From assembly GCA_943355005.1 (NCBI GenBank), contig CALRDV010000004.1:7898-71897 (forward strand): a DNA stretch of 64,000 bases, in the 5' to 3' direction. The notes under the pieces are model-generated. The model was not told the DNA's origin. It saw nothing but the letters and a program-made list of their open reading frames with translations, and searched no databases. Shown piece by piece: positions 47,845 to 57,450 of the stretch. A program made the position numbers and the translations under genes. This stretch comes from Patescibacteria group bacterium (GTDB lineage Bacteria > Patescibacteriota > Microgenomatia > UBA1400 > MFAQ01). Each line of letters starts with the position of its first letter. Within the stretch, counting starts at the first letter, position 1.

Positions 47845-48768
47845 GTGAAAACATTTTTGAGGCTCTTGTTATTTTTTGTTTGTGCGGGAATCGTGGTTTA
47901 TGGTGCTCAAAATATACCTTTAGGTGATTTTGGCAAACAATTGATAAGCCCAAAAATCTATCTCCAGAGAAACAGTTCTAAATTTCTTCAAGATTGGACT
48001 AGGGAAGATATACTGTCGAAAATCAACACAGCAAGAGAAAAGGAAGGCTTTTCCAGAGTAACAATAAACGATAAACTGAACAAGGCAGCTCTCAACAGAA
48101 TGTCTGTAATATTGTCAGAAAATGATTATGATGGTACTCTAACCGGTGTGACAAGAGAGGCATCGATAAAAAGTGCGGGGTATGATGCGAATCTTATTGG
48201 AGATGTTGTGTTAATGGACTTTTTCAAAACCAACGATCCGATCTTGGAATGGGAATCAGACAGTGTCACTAGAGGTACCTTGATGCATCCTGATTTTAAA
48301 AATGTAGGTATCGCGATAAAAAATGATCAAGATACCGTAAGTGTGTATGTAATTTTTGTATCCCCACAAAAAGTAATTCCGGCGCCGGTTGTAAAGAAGA
48401 TTACTTGGGGTGGACCCGATTTGTGGTCATCTGTCAACAAGAGAAGAGTTGAGCTTGGGGTAAACCCCTTAAACAAGAAAGACGAACTCTGCACTATCGC
48501 CTCCATAAGACTAAACCAGCTACTGGAATTAAAAAAGCTGGACGGTCATGCAGGCTTTGTACCAACCCTAGACAGAGAAGATTTGAAATGGATTTCTCAA
48601 AAATATAATATTAGTGAATTCCTTGCCCAAGGTTACGATACTCCAACAGATACAGTGGCTGCCTGGGAAAACACACTTGGTCACAAGGCGTTACTTTCCG
48701 GAGGTGAATATGTCTGGGGTTGTGTGTACGCTCAAAATACTTTCGCAGTCGCCATCGCAGCGTATTAG
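47845..48768 (+). CDS. Secreted hypothetical protein (signal anchor), possibly CAP/SCP-like C-terminus
   Basis: N-terminal hydrophobic signal. The C-terminal ...GHKALLSGGEYVWGCVYAQN weakly resembles the CAP-domain GH..W..C signature. Confidence 0.35.
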   Translation: MKTFLRLLLFFVCAGIVVYGAQNIPLGDFGKQLISPKIYLQRNSSKFLQDWTREDILSKINTAREKEGFSRVTINDKLNKAALNRMSVILSENDYDGTLTGVTREASIKSAGYDANLIGDVVLMDFFKTNDPILEWESDSVTRGTLMHPDFKNVGIAIKNDQDTVSVYVIFVSPQKVIPAPVVKKITWGGPDLWSSVNKRRVELGVNPLNKKDELCTIASIRLNQLLELKKLDGHAGFVPTLDREDLKWISQKYNISEFLAQGYDTPTDTVAAWENTLGHKALLSGGEYVWGCVYAQNTFAVAIAAY

Positions 48769-49643
48769 ACAATGAAGCTGTCTTCCGTATCCTCTACTTC
48801 GGGAATTACTTCTCTATCGAGAATATAAGTATCCCGATGACCCATCTCCCCCACACGCTCCCCTTCTCCTCTGATAATGGCTTCGATAGGGCGACACTGG
48901 TAGCAGCCATCTCTGCCATTTGGGCACTCGAATTTTTCCAACTTGCGGGCTAACTTAATCTTCCGACCAATATCAAGAACCTGAGTATTGGCCTCTTCCA
49001 TATCAGGTAGTTCTTTTTCTTTGGGTAGGTCGGAAAAGTCCAAATACCAATAGCTGGCTCCGGAGATTTTTCTTTTCTGACAATTGCTGACCAACAGGAG
49101 ATAAATGGGTAGCTGAAGTGAGGAAGAGGTTTCTTCCTTTTTACTGGTTTTGAAGTCCAATATATGAACACTGTCTGTGTCTTTAAAATACTCGAGCCAG
49201 TCGACTTTGCCACAAAGGATAATATTCTCATCTTCGGACAGCCAATAGTAAGGTAAACTTTCTTTAATTTTTACGGCAAAATTTAGTAAGGGACCCGGAT
49301 GGTCCATAACTCTTCTGAGCATGGCTTTACCTCTTTCTTTGTATTTATGCTCTTCATCTAAATCTTTGAAGCCACCTTTCTTGCCCGAGTACTTATCCCA
49401 GAGCGCGTCAAATTTAAGGACCAAAGATTCTTTGAAGCGAACATCGGTAGGAATAATAGAAAGAGATTCGATAACTTCGTGGACAGCAGAACCCAGCGCT
49501 AGGGCTGGAGAAACAATTTGAACTTTGTTTCCGGTAGCTCTATCCTTGTAAATATTTTTTAGATAGTATGCCCTGGGGCATTGGAGGTAATCACTAATTG
49601 AAGTATGAGAAACCCAAACAGCAGAGTATTTATCTTTTGGCAT
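48765..49643 (-). CDS. PD-(D/E)xK nuclease, Cas4/RecB-like (paralogue of 43029-43796)
   Basis: N-terminal QCPRAYY. The core motif is ILDFKTSK (D-x-K). C-terminal CPNGRDGCYQC forms the Cys cluster. Confidence 0.65.
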   Translation of the reverse strand: MPKDKYSAVWVSHTSISDYLQCPRAYYLKNIYKDRATGNKVQIVSPALALGSAVHEVIESLSIIPTDVRFKESLVLKFDALWDKYSGKKGGFKDLDEEHKYKERGKAMLRRVMDHPGPLLNFAVKIKESLPYYWLSEDENIILCGKVDWLEYFKDTDSVHILDFKTSKKEETSSSLQLPIYLLLVSNCQKRKISGASYWYLDFSDLPKEKELPDMEEANTQVLDIGRKIKLARKLEKFECPNGRDGCYQCRPIEAIIRGEGERVGEMGHRDTYILDREVIPEVEDTEDSFIV

Positions 49644-50286
49644 TTTTATCGTTTCTTTTGTTTAGCCCGATTGTAAATAGAAGAATCAGAGCACCCAGAA
49701 CATACCCACCGACAGTATCACTAGCCCAATGAGCACCGAGATAGATTCTAGAGAGTCCGATGGTGAGAATCAAGAAGGAAGAGCTGAGAATAATAATATT
49801 TTTTAACCAATAGTTTTTTATATTGTGGAATGCCAGGTAAATTATGTAACCAAAAATAACAGTAAAAAGGATAACATGTAGACTAGGAAAACTTTTGTCT
49901 TTAAGAAGTTCCTGAATGGTTACCAGGTCGGAACCGGGGCGGGGTCTGCCAATAATTTTCTTCATATAACTTCCCACAAAGGCGGCAATCAAAGGTGAGG
50001 CTGTAATACTAAAAGCACCAATCGTGTTACCCGTATAGAACAAAATTAGAGCAAGAGAACCTACAATTAGCTCTAGTTTGAAACCATCACCAATTTCACT
50101 GACAAAATTCATAACAAATGAGAATGTAGGGTTTTGAAAGCTTTGAAGATAACGACTGAACCTCAGATCTAAGTCAAAGAATGCATTGCTATATGCGCTA
50201 ATTGCCAATATAAGGAAAATTAAGATAAGCCCAAAAGTGGCAAAAAATAAATTATGGTTATGCTTGGTAATATTTGGGTTTTTCAT
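49630..50286 (-). CDS. PAP2-family phosphatase (undecaprenyl-PP/phosphatidic acid phosphatase-like)
   Basis: KKIIGRPRPG is KX6RP, SFPSLH is the PSGH-like motif, and SRIYLGAHWASD is SRX5HX3D. 6 TM. Confidence 0.7.
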   Translation of the reverse strand: MKNPNITKHNHNLFFATFGLILIFLILAISAYSNAFFDLDLRFSRYLQSFQNPTFSFVMNFVSEIGDGFKLELIVGSLALILFYTGNTIGAFSITASPLIAAFVGSYMKKIIGRPRPGSDLVTIQELLKDKSFPSLHVILFTVIFGYIIYLAFHNIKNYWLKNIIILSSSFLILTIGLSRIYLGAHWASDTVGGYVLGALILLFTIGLNKRNDKNAKR

Positions 50287-50307
50287 GCCTTACTATTATC
50301 ATAATCG

Positions 50308-51507
50308 ATGTTAAACTGTTTAAGCATGAAGAATTCAGGAATCTCTTTTAAAGTTGTCATTTTGGGGATTGTAAGCCTTCTAAACGATATTTCTTCGGAG
50401 ATGGTTTTTCCCGTTGTACCCATTTTTCTAATTTCGGTCCTTGGGGCTCCTGCACTGGTCGTCGGCTTTATAGAGGGATTGGCTGATGCCATTTCAAGAT
50501 TTTTGATGGCCTTTAGCGGTGTTTTGTCCGACAGGTCGCAGAAGAGAAAACCGTATGTCGTCTGGGGGTATAGCTTTGCCACGGTATCTCATCTAATGAT
50601 GTCGCTAGCCTATACGTGGCCACTTGTCTTGTTTGCCAGGGTAATTCACAGAACCGGAAAAGGAATTAGGACTTCTGCTCGTGATGCTTTGATTACAGAG
50701 ATTGCTGAAAAAGAACAGCGTGGACGAAACTTTGGATTTCACCGAACCATGGACTCACTCGGAGCCGTAATTGGACCTCTACTTTCAATAGCCCTCTTGA
50801 AGCTTCTACATGATAATTATCGTCAATTATTTTTGATTGCGTTCATTCCTTCCCTCATTGGAGTTTTACTAATTATATTTTTTATCAATGAAAAGAAAAA
50901 AACTCCGCTTGGTGTCGATGGTTTAAAATTTGAATGGGCAAAAACTAACGCTTCGTACAAAATTTTCTTATTTATAAGTTTTGTATTCGCTGTTGGAAAC
51001 AGTTCAAATGCGTTTATGATTCTTCGAGCGCAAGACCTAGGACTTTCGATAGGGCTCACATTGATTACCTATGTTTTATATAACATTGCCATGTCCATTT
51101 TTTCACTTCCTGCCGGCATTTTGGCAGATAAAATCGGGGCAAGAAAAATTTTGTTTATTGGTTTTCTAATTTTCTCCCTTGTTTACTTCGTTTTTGGATT
51201 CATTGACTCACCAGTGTGGATTTGGGTTCTGTTTCCGATTTACGGCATCTACATGGCCCTAACTGATGGTGTTAGCAACGCTTACATCTCCAAACTTGTT
51301 CCCCATGAAATTTCTGCTTCGGCTTTTGGAATTTATCACACGTTAATGGGGATAGCTACATTCTTGGCTTCTACCATCGCAGGAGCCTTGTGGACAATGG
51401 TAGGCGCTAGAAGCCCATTCTATTTTGGAGGAGCAATGGCTCTGATAGCTGCTTTACTTTTCCTTGTATTAACCAAAAGAATTAAAGAGGTTCAACCTGT
51501 TGCCTGA
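50308..51507 (+). CDS. MFS transporter
   Basis: 12-TM hydrophobicity pattern with MFS-type loop motifs. 399 aa. Confidence 0.7.
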   Translation: MLNCLSMKNSGISFKVVILGIVSLLNDISSEMVFPVVPIFLISVLGAPALVVGFIEGLADAISRFLMAFSGVLSDRSQKRKPYVVWGYSFATVSHLMMSLAYTWPLVLFARVIHRTGKGIRTSARDALITEIAEKEQRGRNFGFHRTMDSLGAVIGPLLSIALLKLLHDNYRQLFLIAFIPSLIGVLLIIFFINEKKKTPLGVDGLKFEWAKTNASYKIFLFISFVFAVGNSSNAFMILRAQDLGLSIGLTLITYVLYNIAMSIFSLPAGILADKIGARKILFIGFLIFSLVYFVFGFIDSPVWIWVLFPIYGIYMALTDGVSNAYISKLVPHEISASAFGIYHTLMGIATFLASTIAGALWTMVGARSPFYFGGAMALIAALLFLVLTKRIKEVQPVA

Positions 51508-51562
51508 GGGTTACAGGAATGTATGACTATTAATTATAATTTATTGTAGATACTATTAACTT

Positions 51563-52714
51563 ATGGACGTATCACCCACAACAGAACCTATTAATCCGGT
51601 ACCGCAATTTGAAGTGACTCCCCAACCAGTTCAAATTATTCCGACTCAAAACATCCAGCCTCTTAATTCTCCTTCAGAATTCCATACAAAATTAAGAAGT
51701 TATTCTCTGATAATTAGTGTTATTGGAGTTTTTATAATCATCTTCATCGCGGTTATTTACTTAATCTCTCCCAAGAAATTAGCGGAGACCACTGTAGCTT
51801 CACTACCTTCACCCACTCCACTTATTACTACACCTATTACAAACACCCCCACCATTCAAATTACCAACTTTTTATCACCTACCCCCACATCTACGCCAAC
51901 AGAGTGCAACTCGCCTTTGGCACCGCTAAATGTCAGACCTTATGTAAGGTGTTACTATCGACAAATTAAAATTGACCAACTTGAAGCTCAGGCGGTAGAA
52001 AATAGAATTAGTCAAACGGTTGGTAGCCTGACCATTCCCATAAGTTTGGTTTTTGAACACTCTGAAGTTTATAAGGGAATCCCCATAAAATGGACAAAAA
52101 ATCAGCCGTTAACCCCAGACGTCTTAACTTGGCTCAAGGCTGGCATCGACATCTTACCTAACTATTTTAATATTGACCATCCCGTTGCAGCGATAATTTC
52201 AGCTACTGATGAGGAATTGGAGTCGAAGTCAATAATCAAACCAGGACCAGACACTATGGCATATGCAAGTGGTTTAAATATATTTATTACCGCAACAACT
52301 GCAAAAGGTGGATCAACGTATTACCCCGTAGACAAGACATCTATTATAAATATCCTATTTCATGAATGGGTGCATGTAGTCCAGTACTACGAAGCACTTG
52401 AGACTTTTACCGAAGAATATTTAGCTAAAGGTAGGTTGGTCGAAGCAATGGCCACAGGTCCTCTGGAGAAAGGTTTTGCAAAAGAAGTTGGGTGGGTATA
52501 CAACAGTGATGAGTTCGGCGACGGAATAATAGCAAAACTTAAAGCTGATAGCGAATCCCAAAAAACGACTGATTATGGAAAAACCAAGGTTAGAGAAGAT
52601 ATGGCGGAATCAGGAGCACTGTTTATGGTTTGTAAATCAAATCTAATATCTGAAGCTCGGATTCTGTGGTGGGAAAAGACTACCGGTGAAAGTCGTACTA
52701 AATTTTGTCACTAG
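51563..52714 (+). CDS. Membrane-anchored hypothetical protein with PT linker and HExxH motif
   Basis: TM anchor, a PSPTPLITTPITNTPT linker, and FHEWVHVVQYYE, which suggests a zincin-like metalloprotease fold. Confidence 0.45.
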   Translation: MDVSPTTEPINPVPQFEVTPQPVQIIPTQNIQPLNSPSEFHTKLRSYSLIISVIGVFIIIFIAVIYLISPKKLAETTVASLPSPTPLITTPITNTPTIQITNFLSPTPTSTPTECNSPLAPLNVRPYVRCYYRQIKIDQLEAQAVENRISQTVGSLTIPISLVFEHSEVYKGIPIKWTKNQPLTPDVLTWLKAGIDILPNYFNIDHPVAAIISATDEELESKSIIKPGPDTMAYASGLNIFITATTAKGGSTYYPVDKTSIINILFHEWVHVVQYYEALETFTEEYLAKGRLVEAMATGPLEKGFAKEVGWVYNSDEFGDGIIAKLKADSESQKTTDYGKTKVREDMAESGALFMVCKSNLISEARILWWEKTTGESRTKFCH

Positions 52715-52734
52715 TCTCTATGGGGTCGAGAAAA

Positions 52735-54042
52735 TTAAAGAGAATCAACCTGTTGCCTAAGTCGCCTCAAAAAATCAATAACTCTGGCGTCCATAATAAT
52801 GCTTTCTTCGCTGATGGGTCTAATAAGCTTTAAACCCGATAAAGTAGTGCATCTACTGAGAGCGACGTAAGTTTGCCCGTGGGCAAAGGCTCCCCTGCCG
52901 AGATCGATGGCGACTTTTTCAAAGGTTTTTCCTTGGCTCTTGTGGATGGTGATGGCCCAGGCCAAGCGGATGGGCATTTGGTTGTAGCTTCCCACCTCAT
53001 TTGTTTCGAGGGCTGCTTTCTCAGGATTAAATACAGTTTTGAAAGATTTCCAGGTCACTGGTTCGATTCTCTCAAGCTCTCCCCCATCAATTTTGACGAA
53101 AACTACATCTGACTGAGCTCTAAATAAGGTGCCAACCGTGCCATTGATCCAGCGACCTTGTGGATCATTGTTTAAGAGCATGACTCTGGCGCCTGTCTTA
53201 AGAACGATAAGTTCGGCAGCGGGAGCTTGACCCTCGGAAAAATCACCGGACCTGATAGCTCGGAAAGAAAAGGTAGGTCCTTCGATTTGATCTAGCCTCG
53301 TCTGATTTATTTTGTCGGCTTGGTCGTTTATCGCCGTGAGGATAATATAGTCTTCGATAAAATCCCCTTCTCCCACAACTTGATTATTTAGCTTTTCGAT
53401 ATCTTTTACCGTGGTTTCTTTGTTTCTAATTTTGTTCAAAAGTTCAACAAAATTCTTTTCTTTTTGGCGGTAAATCTTATCCAACTCGATAAACTTCAAC
53501 TGAGAATATAGCCCTCCAAAGAGGTCATTAAAAACTCTGGAGGAAAAAAAGTATGGCGTTTCGTACATAGCCGCCAAAGCGTCCTTTTCTACGTAGGTTA
53601 CCACAGGGGGAAGCTGATGAAGATCACCAACCATGATAATCCTTACACCTCCAAAAGGAATATCTCTCTTCCTTGCAGACCGCAAAAATGCGTCAATACT
53701 GTCAAACAAGTCTGCTCGAACCATAGAGATTTCGTCGATAACCAAGATATCTAAGGTGTTGTAAATTTTTGATTTTTTCGTCCGTTTGGCATCCAGTGTT
53801 GCTTTGTCCGGAGTAATGTTTGGTGCAAAACCAAAAAATGAATGAATCGTTTCACCTCTGACATTTACTGCTGCAACCCCTGTAGGTGCAATAACGGCGA
53901 TATTTTTCATCGTAGAGTTTCTAAAATGATCAAGCAGAGTGGACTTCCCCGTGCCGGCGTTGCCGGTCAAAAAAATGTGTTCTTGGCCATTCTCCATTAT
54001 TTCCAAAACGGCTTTGGATTTTTCATCAAAAGTTAATGACAT
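52735..54042 (-). CDS. PIF1-family SF1B DNA helicase
   Basis: Walker A GNAGTGKSTLL, Walker B DEISMV, the PIF1 signature VGDLHQLPPV, and the C-terminal TIHKSQGKTF (UvrD_C_2-like). 435 aa. Confidence 0.75.
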   Translation of the reverse strand: MSLTFDEKSKAVLEIMENGQEHIFLTGNAGTGKSTLLDHFRNSTMKNIAVIAPTGVAAVNVRGETIHSFFGFAPNITPDKATLDAKRTKKSKIYNTLDILVIDEISMVRADLFDSIDAFLRSARKRDIPFGGVRIIMVGDLHQLPPVVTYVEKDALAAMYETPYFFSSRVFNDLFGGLYSQLKFIELDKIYRQKEKNFVELLNKIRNKETTVKDIEKLNNQVVGEGDFIEDYIILTAINDQADKINQTRLDQIEGPTFSFRAIRSGDFSEGQAPAAELIVLKTGARVMLLNNDPQGRWINGTVGTLFRAQSDVVFVKIDGGELERIEPVTWKSFKTVFNPEKAALETNEVGSYNQMPIRLAWAITIHKSQGKTFEKVAIDLGRGAFAHGQTYVALSRCTTLSGLKLIRPISEESIIMDARVIDFLRRLRQQVDSL

Positions 54043-54044
54043 GT

Positions 54045-54746
54045 TTATATCGAAAGTAATAAATGATTCCGGTGTAGCCAGCGCCGGTGTTCTTTGTATC
54101 TGGGGTCAAACTTGGCTACCAAACCCCAAAAATGACTACTGTGATTCCGGTGAACCATGTGGCAAACCTCATGAATCACCACATAATTAACTATCTCATG
54201 TGGAGCCATAATTAGCTTGCGATTGAAGCACAGTTTATTATCCGGAGAACAACTTCCCCAGATGGAAGAAACTTTCTTTATATCTATGCGACTATAATCG
54301 ACACCGATTTGCTCACTATAATAATTTACTTTCTCGGTGATAACCAAAATTCCGGTTTCCAGATACCATCGTAGCATGCCATCTTTCAGCTCCGTAATTC
54401 TCTTTGGGCCCACATACCCCTTGTATACAGAAGCGGTAAGGATTTCTTCGTTGATTTCCACTCTAGTTCTACCGGGGGTATCTGACTCAATAATATTCAG
54501 GGGGTATTCCCGACCAAAGAAAAGGTGCTTTTCTCCATGCTCGTATTTTTTTTCTTCTGGTCTAGGTGACCTGACGGATAGATGCTTCATTATCCAATCT
54601 GATTTTTCCTCTACAAATTTTTTGATGGCAAAGGCTGGTAGCCAAAAAGGTGCTCTGACTGTGACTCCCCTTTCCGGGTGCACACTAATTGTGGCTCCGG
54701 AAGCAATCCGTTTCGATCTAATTACTTTATATTCAAATGGAGGCAC
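54045..54746 (-). CDS. YgjP/DUF45-family metal-dependent hydrolase (M48 superfamily)
   Basis: The N-terminus ...YKVIRSKRIASGATISV..GVTVRAP is DUF45-like. HEVCHMVHRNHS..FW is the HExxH motif. It lies 2 nt upstream of the helicase in the same orientation. Confidence 0.65.
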   Translation of the reverse strand: MPPFEYKVIRSKRIASGATISVHPERGVTVRAPFWLPAFAIKKFVEEKSDWIMKHLSVRSPRPEEKKYEHGEKHLFFGREYPLNIIESDTPGRTRVEINEEILTASVYKGYVGPKRITELKDGMLRWYLETGILVITEKVNYYSEQIGVDYSRIDIKKVSSIWGSCSPDNKLCFNRKLIMAPHEIVNYVVIHEVCHMVHRNHSSHFWGLVAKFDPRYKEHRRWLHRNHLLLSI

Positions 54747-54773
54747 GCCGACTATTGTAAACTAAATTCAACT

Positions 54774-55397
54774 TCAGAGTATTTCCAAGGAGTAAATAAT
54801 GGAGTCGGAAAGGGCAACCAGACTCTTGTCGGTGGAATCTTTGATAATGAGGTAACTTTTTTCTCTGGGGACGTAATAATAGGTTATTTCCTGACCGTCC
54901 TCTATGGTCGTAAAGGTAACTCCTGTGATTTCGCCTATGGAAATGGGTGAAATTGAATCAATCAGCTTAAAGCTGTCCCCCATTTTGGTAATTTTGGAAT
55001 TAATGTTTGACTCCGCTAGAGTATTCACTGTATCCTTGTCGTTTAAATTTTCAAGAGAAATATTAATTTTCAATAGATCTCCAAAAAGAGTTAAGGATCG
55101 ATTAATTTCTTTTTTTGGATTGATGCCACTAGGAAACTTAATCCTAATTTCCAGAGTTGAATCCTCATAAGATTTCCATGCCGAGGTGTCTGAAAGAAGT
55201 GTGGTTGAGGCTCCTAGAGTTTCCGGAGTTGACGCTGATTCTGTAGCGGAGTTTAATGAAATTTCGTTTTTTGGAGGAACTACGGGGATTTTATTCCAAT
55301 AAGTACTTAGTCCGTATATGGATATGACCACTAAAAGCAAAATTGCTTTGAGCATATGATAACAATATCTTATCCTACTTAGGATATTTTTTCTCAA
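54774..55397 (-). CDS. Secreted hypothetical protein (207 aa)
   Basis: N-terminal hydrophobic signal. It is the first gene of the putative operon that continues with DUF45 and PIF1. Confidence 0.4.
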   Translation of the reverse strand: MRKNILSRIRYCYHMLKAILLLVVISIYGLSTYWNKIPVVPPKNEISLNSATESASTPETLGASTTLLSDTSAWKSYEDSTLEIRIKFPSGINPKKEINRSLTLFGDLLKINISLENLNDKDTVNTLAESNINSKITKMGDSFKLIDSISPISIGEITGVTFTTIEDGQEITYYYVPREKSYLIIKDSTDKSLVALSDSIIYSLEIL

Positions 55398-55523
55398 ATT
55401 CGTTATTTTACAGGGCAGCGGAGTGTAAATGGAGCGGGATAGGGGAATCGGACCCCCTTCTCATCCTTGGGAAGGATGCATTCTACCGGTGAACTAATCC
55501 CGCGATGGCTTATTTTATGCTAG

Positions 55524-55663
55524 GTGGAGTGAGATTGCCACAGCTCGAGTACGAGATTCGCAATGACGGTCTTTGTCATTCCTGCGCAGGCAGGAATCCA
55601 TTCAATTATTCCGAATTCTGTATTTATTTGATGGATTCCGGGTCAAGCCCGGAATGACAAGGT
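55524..55663. repeat. Cluster of dispersed palindromic (MITE/REP-like) repeat units
   Basis: Three units: GGTGGAGTGAGATTGCCACAGCTCGAGTACGAGATTCGCAATGACGG; GTCATTCCTGCGCAGGCAGGAATCC; and GATGGATTCCGGGTCAAGCCCGGAATGAC. Related copies lie at 31183-31225, 42996-43030, 47752-47825, 58761-58898 and 59521-59690. Confidence 0.65.
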
Positions 55664-55700
55664 TGATGAATGAGTGGTTAAGATGTATTAGAATAGAGGC

Positions 55701-56390
55701 ATGGCAGGCAGATACCGAAATAACCAAGAAAGTAGCAGATCAAGATTTTATATCCTTCTTTCCGTAGTTTTTGTATTTGTGGTGATTAAATGGGGAATCC
55801 CCTTTTTTGTAAATGTATTAGCCGGAGACGGTTCTCCCAGAATCAGTCAAGAAAAAGATGTAATCCCTCCTCAAGTCCCTATCTTGTCGGCATTACCGGA
55901 AGCTACCAACAGTGCTTCTCTACAGATAGAAGGCTATACCGAGCCGGGGGCGGCCTTGGACTTTCTCATAAACGACAAAATTTCTATTACAGACAAAGCA
56001 AATTCAGACGGTTCTTTCTCTAAAATTGCTACTCTAGACACAGGCTCTAATAGAGTTCAAGTGAGAGCGGCCGACGAAGCAGGCAATATCAACATTTCCG
56101 AAGTTAAGCTGGTAATTTTCGACAATAAACCACTTGATCTGACAATCACTTCACCAAAAGATGGCACAGAATTGTTTGGAAAAAACAATCAGGTCGTGGA
56201 TATCCAAGGAGAAACAAGTAAACCGGAAAGCCAAGTAATCATCAATAGTTCTTTCGTAATTGTAGGAAAAGATGGTAGTTTCGTTCACAGACTACAGCTT
56301 CAGAATGGCAGTAATGAAATAAAAGTAGTCGCTTCAGATAAAGCGGGAAATTCCGCAGAGACGAAGCTTACTCTTGTGTATACCCCTTAA
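55701..56390 (+). CDS. Secreted protein with bacterial Ig-like domains (start uncertain)
   Basis: TM anchor followed by beta-rich repeats (…QVRAADEAGNIN…, …KVVASDKAGNSAET…) typical of Big/Ig-like folds. The 5' part of the ORF overlaps the repeat cluster. Confidence 0.4.
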   Translation: MAGRYRNNQESSRSRFYILLSVVFVFVVIKWGIPFFVNVLAGDGSPRISQEKDVIPPQVPILSALPEATNSASLQIEGYTEPGAALDFLINDKISITDKANSDGSFSKIATLDTGSNRVQVRAADEAGNINISEVKLVIFDNKPLDLTITSPKDGTELFGKNNQVVDIQGETSKPESQVIINSSFVIVGKDGSFVHRLQLQNGSNEIKVVASDKAGNSAETKLTLVYTP

Positions 56391-57450
56391 CAGGAAGGGC
56401 CAGAACTAGCCAGAAAGTAAAATTGAGCCAGATGTAGAAGAAGCTGTTGTTGAAGAAACTGTGAAAAAGTATCGTGAACATAAATATCTTGATGGGCAAA
56501 GAGATCTCAGCCAGAGCCTTCTTTATCAATACGAAGAAAGTGATTAATCCTGCCAACCCCGTAGTGGCAGCAATAGCAATATAACTATTGTCTATCTGGA
56601 ATCTATCTCCGGTAATGTTCCTTAAGGTGTTATAACCCCAGCCGAACAGTGGCCTTTGGATAAATAATTCGAGCCCTGTTCTCCAGCTGTCAAAACGGGA
56701 AAAAATTGAAAAAGTTCTTAGTAAATTAACCCCTTCTCCAAAAGGCTTAGGAATAATCCAAATAAGTAAACCTAAACCTAAGAGAAATAAGGTTAGAGAG
56801 TATTTTTTATTTACGATTAACAAATAAACAATACCCAAAAGGAAACAGAGGTAGGATGCTCGAGAAAAGGTCAGAGCCAAAAGAATTATTAACGGCAAAC
56901 TAGCCAACCAACTCCCCAAAGAAATAAATGACAGAGCGCTTGCCGCCAGAATTGCCCCGGTGAAGTTTGGATCGTAAAGAGAGCCAATCAAACGAAAATA
57001 GTGATCATCAAAGCCGATCAGTTTCAAATATCTCATGTCCGGGAATAATAAATATTGAAGAGCACCAAGGAGACAAAAAATTGCCAAGGAAATTAGAGCC
57101 GGTTTTAATATATTTTTTTTGGAGTTTAATTTGGCGGCGAAGTAAACTGATGGGTAGGCAAACAATCTACCCAAATAGAGGAGGGGATAGATAATTCCCC
57201 CGCTTTGAAGATTTTTCAGATTAAACACCAAAGAAAGCAGAGCAACTCCTAGAAACCAAGCCAAGGGCATAAATAACTTATCAGTATAGATTTTGGCGTG
57301 GTTCTTTCTTCCTACAATAAGTGAAACGGTAAGCAGACCAAGGACGATATCCAAGAGGTAAACATTGCCAATGGAGCCGGGAATTGAAAAAGCAAGTAGT
57401 TGCCCAAATGGCCAGACAAAAATGGAAAGAATTAATAATAAATAAGTCAT
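56368..57450 (-). CDS. Polytopic membrane protein, O-antigen ligase/polymerase (Wzy_C)-like
   Basis: About 10 TM segments with a large periplasmic loop. The annotation follows the glycosylation-cluster context. 360 aa. Confidence 0.45.
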   Translation of the reverse strand: MTYLLLILSIFVWPFGQLLAFSIPGSIGNVYLLDIVLGLLTVSLIVGRKNHAKIYTDKLFMPLAWFLGVALLSLVFNLKNLQSGGIIYPLLYLGRLFAYPSVYFAAKLNSKKNILKPALISLAIFCLLGALQYLLFPDMRYLKLIGFDDHYFRLIGSLYDPNFTGAILAASALSFISLGSWLASLPLIILLALTFSRASYLCFLLGIVYLLIVNKKYSLTLFLLGLGLLIWIIPKPFGEGVNLLRTFSIFSRFDSWRTGLELFIQRPLFGWGYNTLRNITGDRFQIDNSYIAIAATTGLAGLITFFVLIKKALAEISLPIKIFMFTILFHSFFNNSFFYIWLNFTFWLVLALPVKGYTQE

